Below, piece by piece: positions 38,257-48,759 of a DNA stretch of 64,000 nt. The stretch is from a virus: positions 66,269 to 130,268 of the IMG/VR virus record IMGVR_UViG_3300036820_000002; one strand, given 5' to 3'. Position numbers and translations under genes: made by a program. The notes under the pieces are model-generated. The model made no database searches, was not told the DNA's origin, and saw only the letters and a list, made by a program, of their open reading frames with translations. Every line of letters starts with the position of its first letter. Position 1 is the stretch's first letter.

Positions 38257-38874
38257 ATGATCCCGGTCACCGCTGATGACGAGCTGCTGGCCAGCTACGT
38301 CGCGAACATCACCATCGCCTGGCACGCGGCGTCCCCGGACCAGCAGCAGCAAGGGCGCTCCTGGTACCGGACGGCCCAGGATCTTGCCTACGTCATCGGC
38401 GACGGCGACATACGGATGGGGGCCGGGCTGATTGCGGCCCTGTCCGCCAACAAACGCTGGGAGCTGAATCTCACGCTGGCTAAGGATGCCGCTCAGGGTG
38501 ATGTCCACGGCCACACCAAGGCCACCCTGGACAAGGTCCGTGCCATCCTCTGCGGGGCCGATCCCGCAGGCATCCTCCCGCTGGACAAGAAGACCGGCGC
38601 CTTCTACCGGTGCATCCTGAACCCCGGTGATCCCGACCCGGTAGTGATCGACCGGCACGCCCACGATATCGCCGTGGGTTCTGTCTACGGCAACCAGGAT
38701 CGCGGCCTGTCCAGCCTCGCCCGGTACGCCACCCTCTCTCACGCCTACCGGGTGGCAGCGAGGGCGATCGGCGAGATACCCAGCATCGTGCAGGCCGCCA
38801 CCTGGGTGGCTCACGTGGACATGCTCTCCGGGACCGGAACCCGGGGATACAGGAACGGAAGGGATAACGGGTGA
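38257..38874 (+). CDS. phage protein (DUF7178-like; possibly DNA-glycosylase-related fold)
   Basis: G.SWY..A, AGLIAALS...W..N, KT.AFYRCI.P, VVIDRHA, QAATW; GGAGG RBS. Confidence 0.65.
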   Translation: MIPVTADDELLASYVANITIAWHAASPDQQQQGRSWYRTAQDLAYVIGDGDIRMGAGLIAALSANKRWELNLTLAKDAAQGDVHGHTKATLDKVRAILCGADPAGILPLDKKTGAFYRCILNPGDPDPVVIDRHAHDIAVGSVYGNQDRGLSSLARYATLSHAYRVAARAIGEIPSIVQAATWVAHVDMLSGTGTRGYRNGRDNG

Positions 38875-39052
38875 CCGGTAACGACCGGCTGGACGCCGAC
38901 ATCGAGGACATGACCAAACTGGAACTCAAGCTCACCATCCGGCAGCTCATCAAGGACCCCAGGGTTCCTGATGACGCCGTCACCGACGCCGTGAGGACCG
39001 TCCTCACCGCTAGCTAGAAGAGATAGGCCCCGAAAAGAAGAGAAGGAAGCAA

Positions 39053-40369
39053 ATGATCCTCGACGCGCGCAACGCCGACCTGGAAACCATCTACGACATC
39101 CTGACCCGGCAGCGGGCACGGCGCCTCGACCTGGTCGTGGGCAGCGGGCTGATCTCAGCCCATGACGCCAGCATCGTGATCGCCGACACCCCCGCCACCC
39201 AGGTGGTCGGCGAGGACGGGGTGACCCGTTCAGCCGGGCTGTACCGGCCCACGCCGATCGCCGATGAGGGGCTGGGCATGAAGCTGTCCATTCCGCCGGC
39301 GTACCTCAAGCAGCTCCGCGTCAGCCGGCCCGATCTTTATGACGCGAACGTGAACGGGATGCTGCAAGGCCTGAAGGACTACGGCTGGCCCGGTCCGGAC
39401 GGGATCAGCCCGGAGCCGGAGGAGATCTACCCGCCGTTCGGCAAGAACCTGCTGCTGCGGCTGCTGCGCGGCGATGACAGCGAGGAAGGCGTGCTGCGGG
39501 CCGTCCTCAGCCCGAAGTACAAGGTCATCGATAACCTGGACGTGCTGCTGGCGGTAATGGCAGGGATGCAGGAAGCCGGGGTCAACGCTGTCCCGGGAAC
39601 CTGCGACCTGTCGGACCGGCGGATGTTCGCCCGGTTCGACGTACCGGAGGTCGCCGCGCTGGCCCCGCAGCTGCTGGCGGGCTACCGCAGCCCCTTCGAC
39701 GGCCCCGGCGGAGCGGAGCGGGCGGGCCAGGACCAGCCCGGCTACCGGTTCCGCGCGGAGCGGGGCAGCTGGAGCCCGGAGGCAGCCCTGCGGGCAGCTC
39801 ATGCTGAAGGGCAGGGCTATGAGCCGGGCACGGAGCCGGTCGTGTGGGCCGGGCTGGTGGTCAGCAACTCCGACACCGGCGGCGGGGCACGCACCATCGC
39901 GCCGCAGATCCGGGTCCGCGTCTGCAAGAACGGCCTCACCCTGCTGGCGGAGGCGGACAAGCGCATCCACCTCGGGTCCGCGCAGGAAGAGGGAGTCATC
40001 GAGTGGTCGGCGGAAACCCAGGAGCAGGAGCTGGCGCTGATCACCGCCCAGACCAAGGACGCGGTCCGCACCTTCCTGAGCCCGGACTGGTTCGGTGCCC
40101 AGGTCGCCGCCATCGAGGCGAAGGCGGGGGTCGTGATCAGGGAGCCGGAGCCGGTGGTCCGCGAGGTCGCCAGGGCGGCCGGATTCACCAAGGCCGAGGC
40201 TGAGGGCATCCTGCAGCACTTCTTCCGGGGCGGCGGCGGCACTGCCGGGATGGTGGCCAACGCGGTCACCAGCTTCAGCCAGACGCTGCCGAGTCCGGAG
40301 CGGGCCGCTGAGATGGATGCCAGGGCGGTGACCGTGATGAACCACGCGGCCCGGATCGCCGTCCGGTAA
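39053..40369 (+). CDS. DUF932-like phage protein
   Basis: RAVLSPKYKVIDN, VSNSDTGGG, VCKNG, ANAVT. Confidence 0.75.
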   Translation: MILDARNADLETIYDILTRQRARRLDLVVGSGLISAHDASIVIADTPATQVVGEDGVTRSAGLYRPTPIADEGLGMKLSIPPAYLKQLRVSRPDLYDANVNGMLQGLKDYGWPGPDGISPEPEEIYPPFGKNLLLRLLRGDDSEEGVLRAVLSPKYKVIDNLDVLLAVMAGMQEAGVNAVPGTCDLSDRRMFARFDVPEVAALAPQLLAGYRSPFDGPGGAERAGQDQPGYRFRAERGSWSPEAALRAAHAEGQGYEPGTEPVVWAGLVVSNSDTGGGARTIAPQIRVRVCKNGLTLLAEADKRIHLGSAQEEGVIEWSAETQEQELALITAQTKDAVRTFLSPDWFGAQVAAIEAKAGVVIREPEPVVREVARAAGFTKAEAEGILQHFFRGGGGTAGMVANAVTSFSQTLPSPERAAEMDARAVTVMNHAARIAVR

Positions 40370-40375
40370 GAAGCC

Positions 40376-40437
40376 GGTGACCTCCGGCGGCCACTACGAC
40401 CTCGTCGCCCGATGACGCGTCGCTGCCGGGGGTCACC
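40376..40437 (+). ncRNA. single TIGR-like guide unit
   Basis: stem-CCA-ctacgacct-CGTCGCCCG-atgacgcgt-CG-stem. Confidence 0.75.
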
Positions 40438-40458
40438 ACAGCAGAGGGAGAAACCAGC

Positions 40459-40770
40459 ATGATCGAGGTATTCCGGACGGAAAACCCGCCGTTCCAGGGG
40501 GAGGTCTTCTACACGATCATCTCCGAGGATACCGGGAGCATCGTCATCGATACCGAGGCAGGCACGATCGACCTCAGCCGGGTCGCCGGGATCTTCGGCT
40601 CCGGTGAGGTAGCAGGAATCGTCGGCGGGGGTGACTTCCCCCGCACCGCCATGGTCACGGTGATGCCTCATGACATAGGACGCCGCCTGTACCGCATGCG
40701 GGCTGGCGGCAGCTACATATGGCAGGCAGAGAGCGACCCGGACCGCGCAGCGAGGATCGCTGCCGGGTAA
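40459..40770 (+). CDS. paralog family B member 1
   Basis: EVFR..GEVFYTIISEDTG..GTI..DIGRRLYR..Y.W. Confidence 0.7.
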   Translation: MIEVFRTENPPFQGEVFYTIISEDTGSIVIDTEAGTIDLSRVAGIFGSGEVAGIVGGGDFPRTAMVTVMPHDIGRRLYRMRAGGSYIWQAESDPDRAARIAAG

Positions 40771-40772
40771 CA

Positions 40773-40832
40773 GTAACCCCCGGCGGCCATCTCACCCCCG
40801 TCACCCATCGAGTATGCGCCGCCGGGAATTAC
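40773..40832 (+). ncRNA. single TIGR-like guide unit
   Basis: stem-CCA-tctcacccc-CGTCACCCA-tcgagtatg-CG-stem. Confidence 0.8.
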
Positions 40833-40898
40833 CCCAGAGGAGAAACCATTGGATTACCGGATCACCATCAAGAAGCTGGACGGCTTCGGGAGGACCAC

Positions 40899-41357
40899 GT
40901 GAAAGAAGTATTCAGGGACACCGACCCGCGCAGTGACCGCACAGTCTTCCATGACGGTGATGTATTCTACACCATCATGAAGGAAGATACCGGTGCGGAG
41001 AGCATTCCCACTCAGGTAGGCACGATCAATGCCTGGCAGGTGATCGGGTGGAAATTCCCTGCTGTCGTATCCTCAGATACGGGCCGCCGTCTCTATCGCC
41101 GCAGTGACAGTGATGGCCATTATTTCTGGCGTACGGAAACAGGTCTGGAATACCGGAGCAGGCTCTGCGAGCAGGAAGCGGATAAGAAGAAGCGCCCCCC
41201 TATCGAGGAGGAGCGCTCACGGCTGCTCGCGGAGGAAGTCGCTCATCATGAGGCTAATATGCGCGCCGAGATGAAGCGGTTCAGCCGCGAGATGCAGCGC
41301 ATCCAGGATCTTTACCGGCTGCGCACGGAGACCCCGAGTGATCCTGCTCTCGGCTGA
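40899..41357 (+). CDS. paralog family B member 2
   Basis: EVFR..GDVFYTIMKEDTG..GTI..DTGRRLYR..YFW; GGAGG RBS. Confidence 0.7.
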   Translation: MKEVFRDTDPRSDRTVFHDGDVFYTIMKEDTGAESIPTQVGTINAWQVIGWKFPAVVSSDTGRRLYRRSDSDGHYFWRTETGLEYRSRLCEQEADKKKRPPIEEERSRLLAEEVAHHEANMRAEMKRFSREMQRIQDLYRLRTETPSDPALG

Positions 41358-41456
41358 GGGTGGCCCGCTCGTCGGCCATCTCCAAGCGGAACGCACCGCA
41401 TGTCACTACCATTGGCGGTATACTACCATGTTTACCACCAAACGAAAGGGCTTCGC

Positions 41457-42065
41457 ATGGCGAAGACATCCATATATCTGCCTGACGACCTGGCCGAGCA
41501 GGTCCGCGCTTACGGCATCCCGGTATCCGAGGTTGCCCAGACCGCGCTGCGCCAGGCCGTCAAAGACGCCGAGATCAAGGGGAGCATCATGACAAACATC
41601 CAGGCCGTGGCCGACCGAATGAAGGGGATCATCGCCGCAGAGACCGAGACCAAGGGAGCGGAGATTCGCAAGCTCGGCACTAAGTGGGCTCGTGAGAGCG
41701 CCACGGCGGGCGAGCTTGAATACCTGGCGACCTACGACAAGGCGGATGGCTTCAACGCGCCGATAAGCCTGGTCATGTACCTAGATACGGGTGCTCCCTT
41801 CGGACCGAGCAGGCCGTATTGGGCAGAATTCCAAAACGGCGCCCGCGAGGTCTGGGGTGCCGTCCAGCCTCTCCTAACGGAAATGGATAATCACGGGTTT
41901 ACGGTCCCGGTTGGGTCTGGCGGCTATTCGGGGACAGTCACCCCGGAGTACCAGCTGTGGCTGCTGCGCGAACCGGCGCCAGATGCCCCGCTCGCCGAAC
42001 ATGAAAGGAAAGGAAAAGTACATGGATTACACCACCTGCGCCCCGCGCGGGGCGCAGCTCCTTGA
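41457..42065 (+). CDS. protein with N-terminal ribbon-helix-helix (CcdA/CopG-like) domain
   Basis: MAKTSIYLPDDLAEQVRAYGIPVSEVAQTALRQAV. Confidence 0.7.
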   Translation: MAKTSIYLPDDLAEQVRAYGIPVSEVAQTALRQAVKDAEIKGSIMTNIQAVADRMKGIIAAETETKGAEIRKLGTKWARESATAGELEYLATYDKADGFNAPISLVMYLDTGAPFGPSRPYWAEFQNGAREVWGAVQPLLTEMDNHGFTVPVGSGGYSGTVTPEYQLWLLREPAPDAPLAEHERKGKVHGLHHLRPARGAAP

Positions 42066-42522
42066 CGGCAGGAACCCGCAGTGGCCGTTCAGGATCCGGC
42101 TGGATACCCTCGACATGTCTGACCCGGAGAACTGCATCATCGGGCAGCTCTACGACGGGATGAGCTATGACCATGGCCTGGAGACCCTGCTAGGCATTGA
42201 TCCGGCCCAGGCACGCACCTACGGCTTCGATCTGCCGCATGAGCTGAGAAACGGCCAGGAGATCGTCGACGGCTACAAGCGGCTCAACAGCGAGTGGACG
42301 GAGCTGATCCGGACCCGCCGTGAGGCAATGGCCCGTACCGTGATCACCCTCACCGGCCCCGACGACAAACGGCTGGCAAGGCAGGCGTTCCGTTCGCTAG
42401 CTGCGGACCTGCGCGACCACGTCAAGCGGAAGGCATTTGCCGGAGATTCCTGCAAGGATTACTGCAAGCGCATGCGTGCCGATGCCGCCCGGCTGGAGAG
42501 ACTTGCAGAGGAACTCGGGTGA
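42022..42522 (+). CDS. paralog family A member 4
   Basis: RGAQLLDGRNPQW..LDM..CIIGQLY..YGF..LNSEW. Confidence 0.7.
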   Translation: MDYTTCAPRGAQLLDGRNPQWPFRIRLDTLDMSDPENCIIGQLYDGMSYDHGLETLLGIDPAQARTYGFDLPHELRNGQEIVDGYKRLNSEWTELIRTRREAMARTVITLTGPDDKRLARQAFRSLAADLRDHVKRKAFAGDSCKDYCKRMRADAARLERLAEELG

Positions 42523-43017
42523 GCGGCTACTGGAGCGACCTCCGCGACTCCATCGGCGCTATCGTGGACTACCTCTGGGACGCGGAAGAAGCCGATTACC
42601 GGGAGCAGGAAAGGCTCGGCGACACGGGCAATCACATCTTCACGGACTTGCAGAGGGTCAGGGAATGGCTAGAACCATGACAGAGAAGGAAGCCGTGGAT
42701 ATCACCGGGATGAGCAACGGGGAGCTGATGCGCCTCCAGATTCAGTACAGGCGGGAACACCCGAACCCGTACACCGTGGAACTTCACGAGCGAGCCGCCC
42801 GACTGGCGGCGGAACGTGTTACCGAGCGCAAGATAGCTGAAGCCGGCTGGGAGCTGGAGAAGGACACAGCCGGAGCGCAGGCTACCGGGCTCAGCCTAGA
42901 TAAGTACCGCGAGGTCAAGGCCGTCGTCATTCCTGACTACGAAGAGAAAATAAGCCTGTTCAGGTTCTGATCCCTTACCTGCATTATACCGGAAAAGAAA
43001 AGAAAGGTACCAGGACA

Positions 43018-43479
43018 ATGAGAGATTACCCGCCGCCGCGTCCGGTCGATCCCGCCGACGTGGCCCGCATCATCCGACTGAACCCCGAGCGCCACTACCA
43101 GGGGGGATGGATCACCAATCCGTCCAGCGTCCGGGAGACACTGGTGGAGGAAGCGCGCCCCTACGCCAGCCGGCCGTACCCGGCCCTCCCTAAGGACCCG
43201 CGCCACCCGGTCTGCCAGACCAGGGCGTGCGTCGGCGGCTGGGCGGCCATCCTGGGCGCTCCTGACGGCACCCTTATCACCTTCGGCGGCGGCCTGGAGT
43301 TCCCCGACGGCAGCCGTGCCGCCGTGAGCAGCTATGCCCGCGACGCGATGGGCATCACCATCGACGCCGCCATACTGCTCTTCGACGGGAATAACACCCG
43401 CAATCAGGTGCTGGAAGCTCTCGACGAGCTGGCGCTGGACCGGGACGCGGACATCTCGTGGATCTTCATCGAGGACTAG
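43018..43479 (+). CDS. paralog family C member 1
   Basis: PERHYQGGW...CQTRACVGGWAAIL. Confidence 0.65.
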   Translation: MRDYPPPRPVDPADVARIIRLNPERHYQGGWITNPSSVRETLVEEARPYASRPYPALPKDPRHPVCQTRACVGGWAAILGAPDGTLITFGGGLEFPDGSRAAVSSYARDAMGITIDAAILLFDGNNTRNQVLEALDELALDRDADISWIFIED

Positions 43480-43548
43480 GGCAGTTGACATGCTCATGGA
43501 GCATGCTAAGCTCGCATCCGGATTGTCCCCCGAAAAGAAAGAACAGGC

Positions 43549-44187
43549 ATGACACAGACCGCGATCCCCCGGCTCAGCCTCGGCGAGCCCGTCACTGCTG
43601 AGCAATTCGCCGCCGCGATGACCGCCGGCTACACGGAGCTGGAAAGGCTGGCCAGTCATCACGGCTGGTGCGGCGGCTGGCGGCAGTACGCCGCCAGGCT
43701 GACCCCCGCCTACCAGGACGTCTACGGGGTCAGCTCCGTCCGGCCGGTCACCTTCCAGTGGCCGGTGCCGCCAGAGGACCTCACCGAGCAGGCCCGCGCC
43801 CGCTACGCCGGGCTGGAGAATGACTTCTACCGCCAGGAACTGGCCACCTTCCGCCGCCGTGGCCTCGGGATGGTCGCGCAGAATCGGCTCAGCCTTGCTG
43901 ACGCCAACCGCGTCCTGGTCGCCATGGGCCTCCCGTCCTATGAAACCCCGGACGCAGGCTGCGCCTACAACGCCTACCCGGCAGGATTCGTCCTGGATGT
44001 CCCGGCCGACTACGACGACACTGCTGTCAAGGCGGCTATCCAGGGTGCTTACCAGGCCTGGCTGTCCGCACTGCCGGAGGGCTTCACCGCCTACAGCGGC
44101 AACGCGGAGAAGATTGCCGGACGTTCGGTACAGCTGGAGGCCCGCAACGCCCCGGTAGTGGCACCTGCCGACTGCGACCAGGTGTAA
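43549..44187 (+). CDS. paralog family D member 1
   Basis: PVTAEQFA..WC.GW..WPVP.EDLT..ARARY..FRRR.L..AMGLP. Confidence 0.75.
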   Translation: MTQTAIPRLSLGEPVTAEQFAAAMTAGYTELERLASHHGWCGGWRQYAARLTPAYQDVYGVSSVRPVTFQWPVPPEDLTEQARARYAGLENDFYRQELATFRRRGLGMVAQNRLSLADANRVLVAMGLPSYETPDAGCAYNAYPAGFVLDVPADYDDTAVKAAIQGAYQAWLSALPEGFTAYSGNAEKIAGRSVQLEARNAPVVAPADCDQV

Positions 44188-44193
44188 CCCTCA

Positions 44194-44232
44194 CGGGGGT
44201 GCCCGCATCACAGAGGCATGCGGGCACCCCCG
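44194..44232 (+). terminator. intergenic hairpin
   Basis: CGGGGGTGCCCGCAT...ATGCGGGCACCCCCG. Confidence 0.5.
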
Positions 44233-44263
44233 TCCGGATCAGGAAAAGAAAAGGAATCATCGC

Positions 44264-44899
44264 ATGGCTATCACGAAGAGCAGCAAGGTAACCCCCCTCA
44301 ACCTCAGCGGGCCTGTCACTCGCGAGCAGTTCGCGACGGCCATCACCCTGGCCTGGCCCGAGCTGAAGCAGCTGGCCGTCAGCAAGCGCTGGTGCCGGGG
44401 CTGGCTGGACACCCTCCGGAAGATCTCCCCGGTCTTCCCGCACCCCGGCGAGCAGGAGCCCGACCTGAGCCGGGCCAGCTACACCTGGCCGGTACCCCGC
44501 GAAGACCTGACCAGCGCCGCGCAGGCCCGCTATGAGGCGGAGGAGCTGGCGTTCTACGCAACCGCGCTCACCCAGTTCCGGCGCCGGGCGCTGTACTTCG
44601 CCCAGAAGGGGACCGTCACCCTGGCGGAGGTCAACACCGTCTTCGCCGCGATGGGACTGCCGCAGTACGATGCGCCGGACCTGCCTGCCCAGTACTACAT
44701 GTACACCGGCTCGACGCGGATCTCGGTGGCACCCGGCTTCCAGGGCAATGTCCAGGAGGTCCTCCGCGAGGCACTCGCGAACGCCCTCCCCGAGGGCATC
44801 ACCATCACCGATGGCTGGAACCCCCTGTCCGCCGACCTGGAAATCGCCAGGACCCCGCAGGTCGCTGACAGTGACTTCGAGCCCGTCCGCGAGGACTGA
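44264..44899 (+). CDS. paralog family D member 2
   Basis: same motifs as 43549-44187; tandem duplicate. Confidence 0.75.
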   Translation: MAITKSSKVTPLNLSGPVTREQFATAITLAWPELKQLAVSKRWCRGWLDTLRKISPVFPHPGEQEPDLSRASYTWPVPREDLTSAAQARYEAEELAFYATALTQFRRRALYFAQKGTVTLAEVNTVFAAMGLPQYDAPDLPAQYYMYTGSTRISVAPGFQGNVQEVLREALANALPEGITITDGWNPLSADLEIARTPQVADSDFEPVRED

Positions 44900-44996
44900 C
44901 CGCCCTCGCGCTGAGAAGCACAGGTCACCACCCGGGCGGGGTGCGAGCACCAGGGCAGCGATGACCCTGGTGCTCTTCCCGCAGAGAGGAGCATGC

Positions 44997-45500
44997 ATGC
45001 ACGCCGATATCACGTCGCAATCCATTCTCTGCTCAGAGACTATCACCAGGGCGCCGGGTGCAGGGGCTGCTGGAGTCCGGGACGCCGTCGCCGACGTCAA
45101 GCAGGTTATCGTCATCCGCAGGGACCTCGGGATGCGGAGAGGAAAAGAAATCGCCCAGGGAGCGCATGCCAGCATCGCCTGGCTGACGGAGAGATGTACT
45201 CAGAAGGTTTGCGCCGAAGGGTACGGTGACAACTGGGGTATAAATTTCATCGGAAGATTCACGCACGCTGAGTGGCAGTGGGTGGAAGGGAATGTCCGTA
45301 AAGTGACCCTGCAGGTCTCCTCTGAAGAGGAGCTGTTCCGGATCTATGAGGCAGCTCGGGAAGCCGGGCTGGAAGTGCACCTCATTACCGACTCGGGGCT
45401 CACTGAATTCAGCGGCATACCGACGGCCACCTGCCTGGCAATCGGGCCTGATTTCGATGAGAAAATCAACCCGGTCACTAGTGATCTCATCCTCTACTGA
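44997..45500 (+). CDS. pth2: peptidyl-tRNA hydrolase, Pth2 family
   Basis: KQVIVIRRDLGMRRGKEIAQGAHAS, KVTLQV, ITDSGLTE, TCLAIGP; start uncertain. Confidence 0.88.
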   Translation: MHADITSQSILCSETITRAPGAGAAGVRDAVADVKQVIVIRRDLGMRRGKEIAQGAHASIAWLTERCTQKVCAEGYGDNWGINFIGRFTHAEWQWVEGNVRKVTLQVSSEEELFRIYEAAREAGLEVHLITDSGLTEFSGIPTATCLAIGPDFDEKINPVTSDLILY

Positions 45501-45518
45501 AAAAGAAAGGAGATAGTA

Positions 45519-45938
45519 ATGATCACCCCGGAGATGTTCGCAAGAGAACTACGCGCGCTGGCACTGGCAGAAAGCGGCAGCGAGACGGCGGATGCCATTG
45601 GGAAGAAGATAACCCAGCTGGAAGACTTCACCGATGAGCTGGGGAACGCCTGGGACGACCTGGAGAATGCCCGTAGCGCTGCTGGTGACCTCACCGCGAT
45701 GACAGAAAGCCGGTTCAACCCGCTGATCAACGTCCGCGCCATCGGCCTGGCAGCCCGCGCCTTCCTCCATGCCACTCCCGGCGGGAATAACATCCTGGAC
45801 CAGGTCAGCGACCTCCGGGCCATCTGGGAGTTCTACTGCGATGTCATCGAAGACATCACTGAGGACCGCGATGACGCCTGGCAGGACCTGAGCGCCGCGC
45901 TGGTCACGGTCGCGGACACCATCAGCCGCGCGCCCTAG
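45519..45938 (+). CDS. helical hypothetical protein
   Basis: AAGGAG RBS; acidic and helical. Confidence 0.55.
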   Translation: MITPEMFARELRALALAESGSETADAIGKKITQLEDFTDELGNAWDDLENARSAAGDLTAMTESRFNPLINVRAIGLAARAFLHATPGGNNILDQVSDLRAIWEFYCDVIEDITEDRDDAWQDLSAALVTVADTISRAP

Positions 45939-45969
45939 AGTACGCTACAATGCGCTGGAAGGAGGTATC

Positions 45970-46311
45970 ATGCAGCTCTACGACTGGGACACCCTGTTCA
46001 ACGGGGACGTCCACGTCCTGCACCCCGACCGCCGGGTGACCCTGACTACGTTCACGGCCAGCCGCGAGTCGTTCCGGTCCTCCGCCCAGCAGGCAGCAGC
46101 CCGGCGCGGGCTGCGGCTGGAGACACGCAAGGCCGGCGACGGCCTCACCCTCCAGGTCACCGGCCACAGCGCCGTCTTTCACCTGAACGCGGCCGTGCGG
46201 GAGCTGAAGGAGGCCTACCGCATCCTCGGCGACAAGGAAGGGGCCGGGCTGCTGTTCCTGGCCACCCAGGTCAGGGAGCTGTCCGCCGGGATCGGGGGGG
46301 AGCAGCGATGA
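45970..46311 (+). CDS. hypothetical protein
   Basis: GGAGG RBS; YDWDTLFNG..FR..A.RRG motif. Confidence 0.6.
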   Translation: MQLYDWDTLFNGDVHVLHPDRRVTLTTFTASRESFRSSAQQAAARRGLRLETRKAGDGLTLQVTGHSAVFHLNAAVRELKEAYRILGDKEGAGLLFLATQVRELSAGIGGEQR

Positions 46312-46597
46312 CGCAGTGCCCTGACTGCCCGCCGGGCGCCCACGCGCAGTACGTCCGCGACCTGCTGGCCGACCGGGAGGAGGATGCCCGGATCACCGCC
46401 GCCCGGCTGGATGAGCTCCAGGACGCCCTCATCGACACCCTTCTCAATGAGGATCTCCCGGTGGTCTGCGATAACGGCTGCCCGCTGGGAATGCTCGGCA
46501 TGCACAAGTTCTCCTGCCTCAGCGAACAGCTGGTCATCAGCATGCGGGCCACATAGAGAAAAAAATCCGGCAGCACCTTCTGAATGGCTGATGAGAT

Positions 46598-47350
46598 ATG
46601 GAACACGGAGAGCGCACCACCGCGATCTTCCGGAAGCTGACCGCTCACCCGGAAGGAATGTCCACCCCGGCCCTGGCCATGGCCATCGACGGCCGCCGGG
46701 ACCAGCACATGCTGTCCAGTTACGGGCAGATCCTGCGCCGTCATGAGGCATCCGGGCGGGTGAGCGGCGACCGGTGGACCCGGGACCCCCGCTGGGGGCA
46801 GCCCGCTGCCCGCATCTGGGTAATCACCCCGGCCGGCGAGGAGTGGCTGCAAGACCGGACGCTCCCCCGTCCCCTGGCGAAGAGGAAGCCGCCTCCTGAC
46901 CAGGGCCGTCATGAGCTGCTGGCTACCGCCCGCGAGCTCTACGGTCCCGGTACCCCCCGCGAGATCCGCCAGCCGCTGGCCGCCGAGCTGCGCCGGGCCG
47001 GCTGCCGGCTCCACGAGATCGCGGCCGTCTTCGACGTCAGCCCCGAGACGGTGCGGCTGGACGTGGAACGGGCCGGTATCGCCAGGGGGGACCACCAGGT
47101 GACCGTCCAGCGGGTCTTCGAGGTGAAGTGCACCAGCTGCCCGATGAAGGCACTAGCCCGGTCCGGCCGGGAAGCCGGCGCCATCCGGCGGGCTCACCTG
47201 GCCCGGCCCGATACAGCGGTCACAGCACCCGCAGTCACTGCTCCCGCCGTGGCTGTCATCCCCGAGGCCCCGCAGGACGAGCTGGCCCGGCTGCTCCGCG
47301 AGCAGTCCGGCCTGGATGCGCGCATCGCCAGGCTGCTGGGAATGACATAG
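46598..47350 (+). CDS. putative DNA-binding protein (wHTH + HTH)
   Basis: WVITPAGEEWL; LHEIAAVFDVSPETVR. Confidence 0.6.
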   Translation: MEHGERTTAIFRKLTAHPEGMSTPALAMAIDGRRDQHMLSSYGQILRRHEASGRVSGDRWTRDPRWGQPAARIWVITPAGEEWLQDRTLPRPLAKRKPPPDQGRHELLATARELYGPGTPREIRQPLAAELRRAGCRLHEIAAVFDVSPETVRLDVERAGIARGDHQVTVQRVFEVKCTSCPMKALARSGREAGAIRRAHLARPDTAVTAPAVTAPAVAVIPEAPQDELARLLREQSGLDARIARLLGMT

Positions 47351-48276
47351 AGAGAAGAAACGGATAGGACGGATATGCCGTCGGTAACCTGCTCACAATG
47401 TCCTTTCACCAGCTATAACCCGCATAATATCCGTGACGGCTACTGCGGGAACTGCCACGACTGGACCGGTGTCCCGGCCGGGGCCATCACGCCGGGGATG
47501 CAGGCTGTCATAGACATCGAGGAACGGCTGCTCTATCCTGCCTGGTACGACCGGCTGCGGTTCACCCCGGTCAGGTATCCCGGGGTCGGGTTCGTGGTCA
47601 TCGGGTCAGAGTCAGGGGTGTGCATCCGCATCTACGCCGCGAGCGGCGAGTCATCCGCCCGCTGCCAGCGGACCGCCGCCCGCTTCCATAGGATCCTGGC
47701 GAACGCCGGGTACCAGGTGGAGCACCGGCAGCTGGACCTGCTCGTCACCGGCAAGGGAGAAAAGCGCTATGCCTGAGTTCAGCGACCTCGCGAATACCGC
47801 AAAGTACGACCCTGATCACCTTGACCCCCGTGCGGTCCGCAGCGCCCTGCTGCGGGCCGTGGAGATCGAGGACGCCCTCCAGTGCCTCACCCGCTGCGGC
47901 ACGCTCAGCGTCGCGCGCAAGGGTGAGGAGACAGAGCTGTCGTTCGCTCTCCGGCTGGACAGCGAGACCGCTGACGCGCTACTGGTGGTACTGCTGGACC
48001 TCGGCGGGTTCACTCCCCTGATAGAGCGGGAAGAGTCATGAGCGGCTCGCACCGGAAGCGGGATGTACGGCGGCACCGGATAGCAGAGGAGAAAAGCAAT
48101 GGCCAGGATGCTGGCAGCGGCCCACGGGAAGAACCAGGCGGAGCGCCCTGACTGCTGCCGTGGCGATGACAAGTTCCGCGCACCTAGCGCCAAGCGCGTC
48201 CGCAAGGCTATCCAGCGGGCGCGGGAAAAGAGGGAATGGAAGGAGAAAGGCGTTGACCGGGGAAAGGAGACCGGCA

Positions 48277-48681
48277 ATGACCAGGATGGCGGAGCGCCCT
48301 AAGGAAGCTGCATGGGAATTCAAGGACACCGATCATATCGGGGATCCCACCAGGCTGTCGTGGACGTCATTCCTCAGCCGTGCTTTCGAGCTGGGATACC
48401 TTACTCCCGAGGAATACGCCCGGCGGCTGGAGATAATCGCCGGAGCAGTCACCAAGAGCGATATCGAGGAAGCTACCAGGAACCTGCCCTGCCGGCGGGA
48501 GTGGGGAATCAGCTGGAACGAGGCCAGGAAGAAGGGACTGCAGCCCCGGTGGGAGATTACCCCGCAGGCGTCCCGGCGCCGCCACCGTGACTGCGTCCGC
48601 CTGTTCGTGATAATCGCGATCATCACCGCCATCATCGAGATGACCGTCTTCATCGGGCTGATCGTCAACATCCTGGTATGA
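48277..48681 (+). CDS. DUF1707/SHOCT-like membrane protein
   Basis: LSRAFELGYLTPEEYARRL..A.T..LP plus a C-terminal TM helix. Confidence 0.65.
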   Translation: MTRMAERPKEAAWEFKDTDHIGDPTRLSWTSFLSRAFELGYLTPEEYARRLEIIAGAVTKSDIEEATRNLPCRREWGISWNEARKKGLQPRWEITPQASRRRHRDCVRLFVIIAIITAIIEMTVFIGLIVNILV

Positions 48682-48759
48682 AACATATGGAATGAAACAG
48701 TCCAGGTAAGCGTTACGCATACTGCGCGGTAACTCCCGAAAAGAAAATGAAGGAAGACC

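Noticed and set aside
44194-44232. Guide unit (also hairpins near 31380, 44946 and 53654)
   Set aside because: Short loops without the 3+9+9+9+2 interior; these are ordinary terminator-like hairpins.
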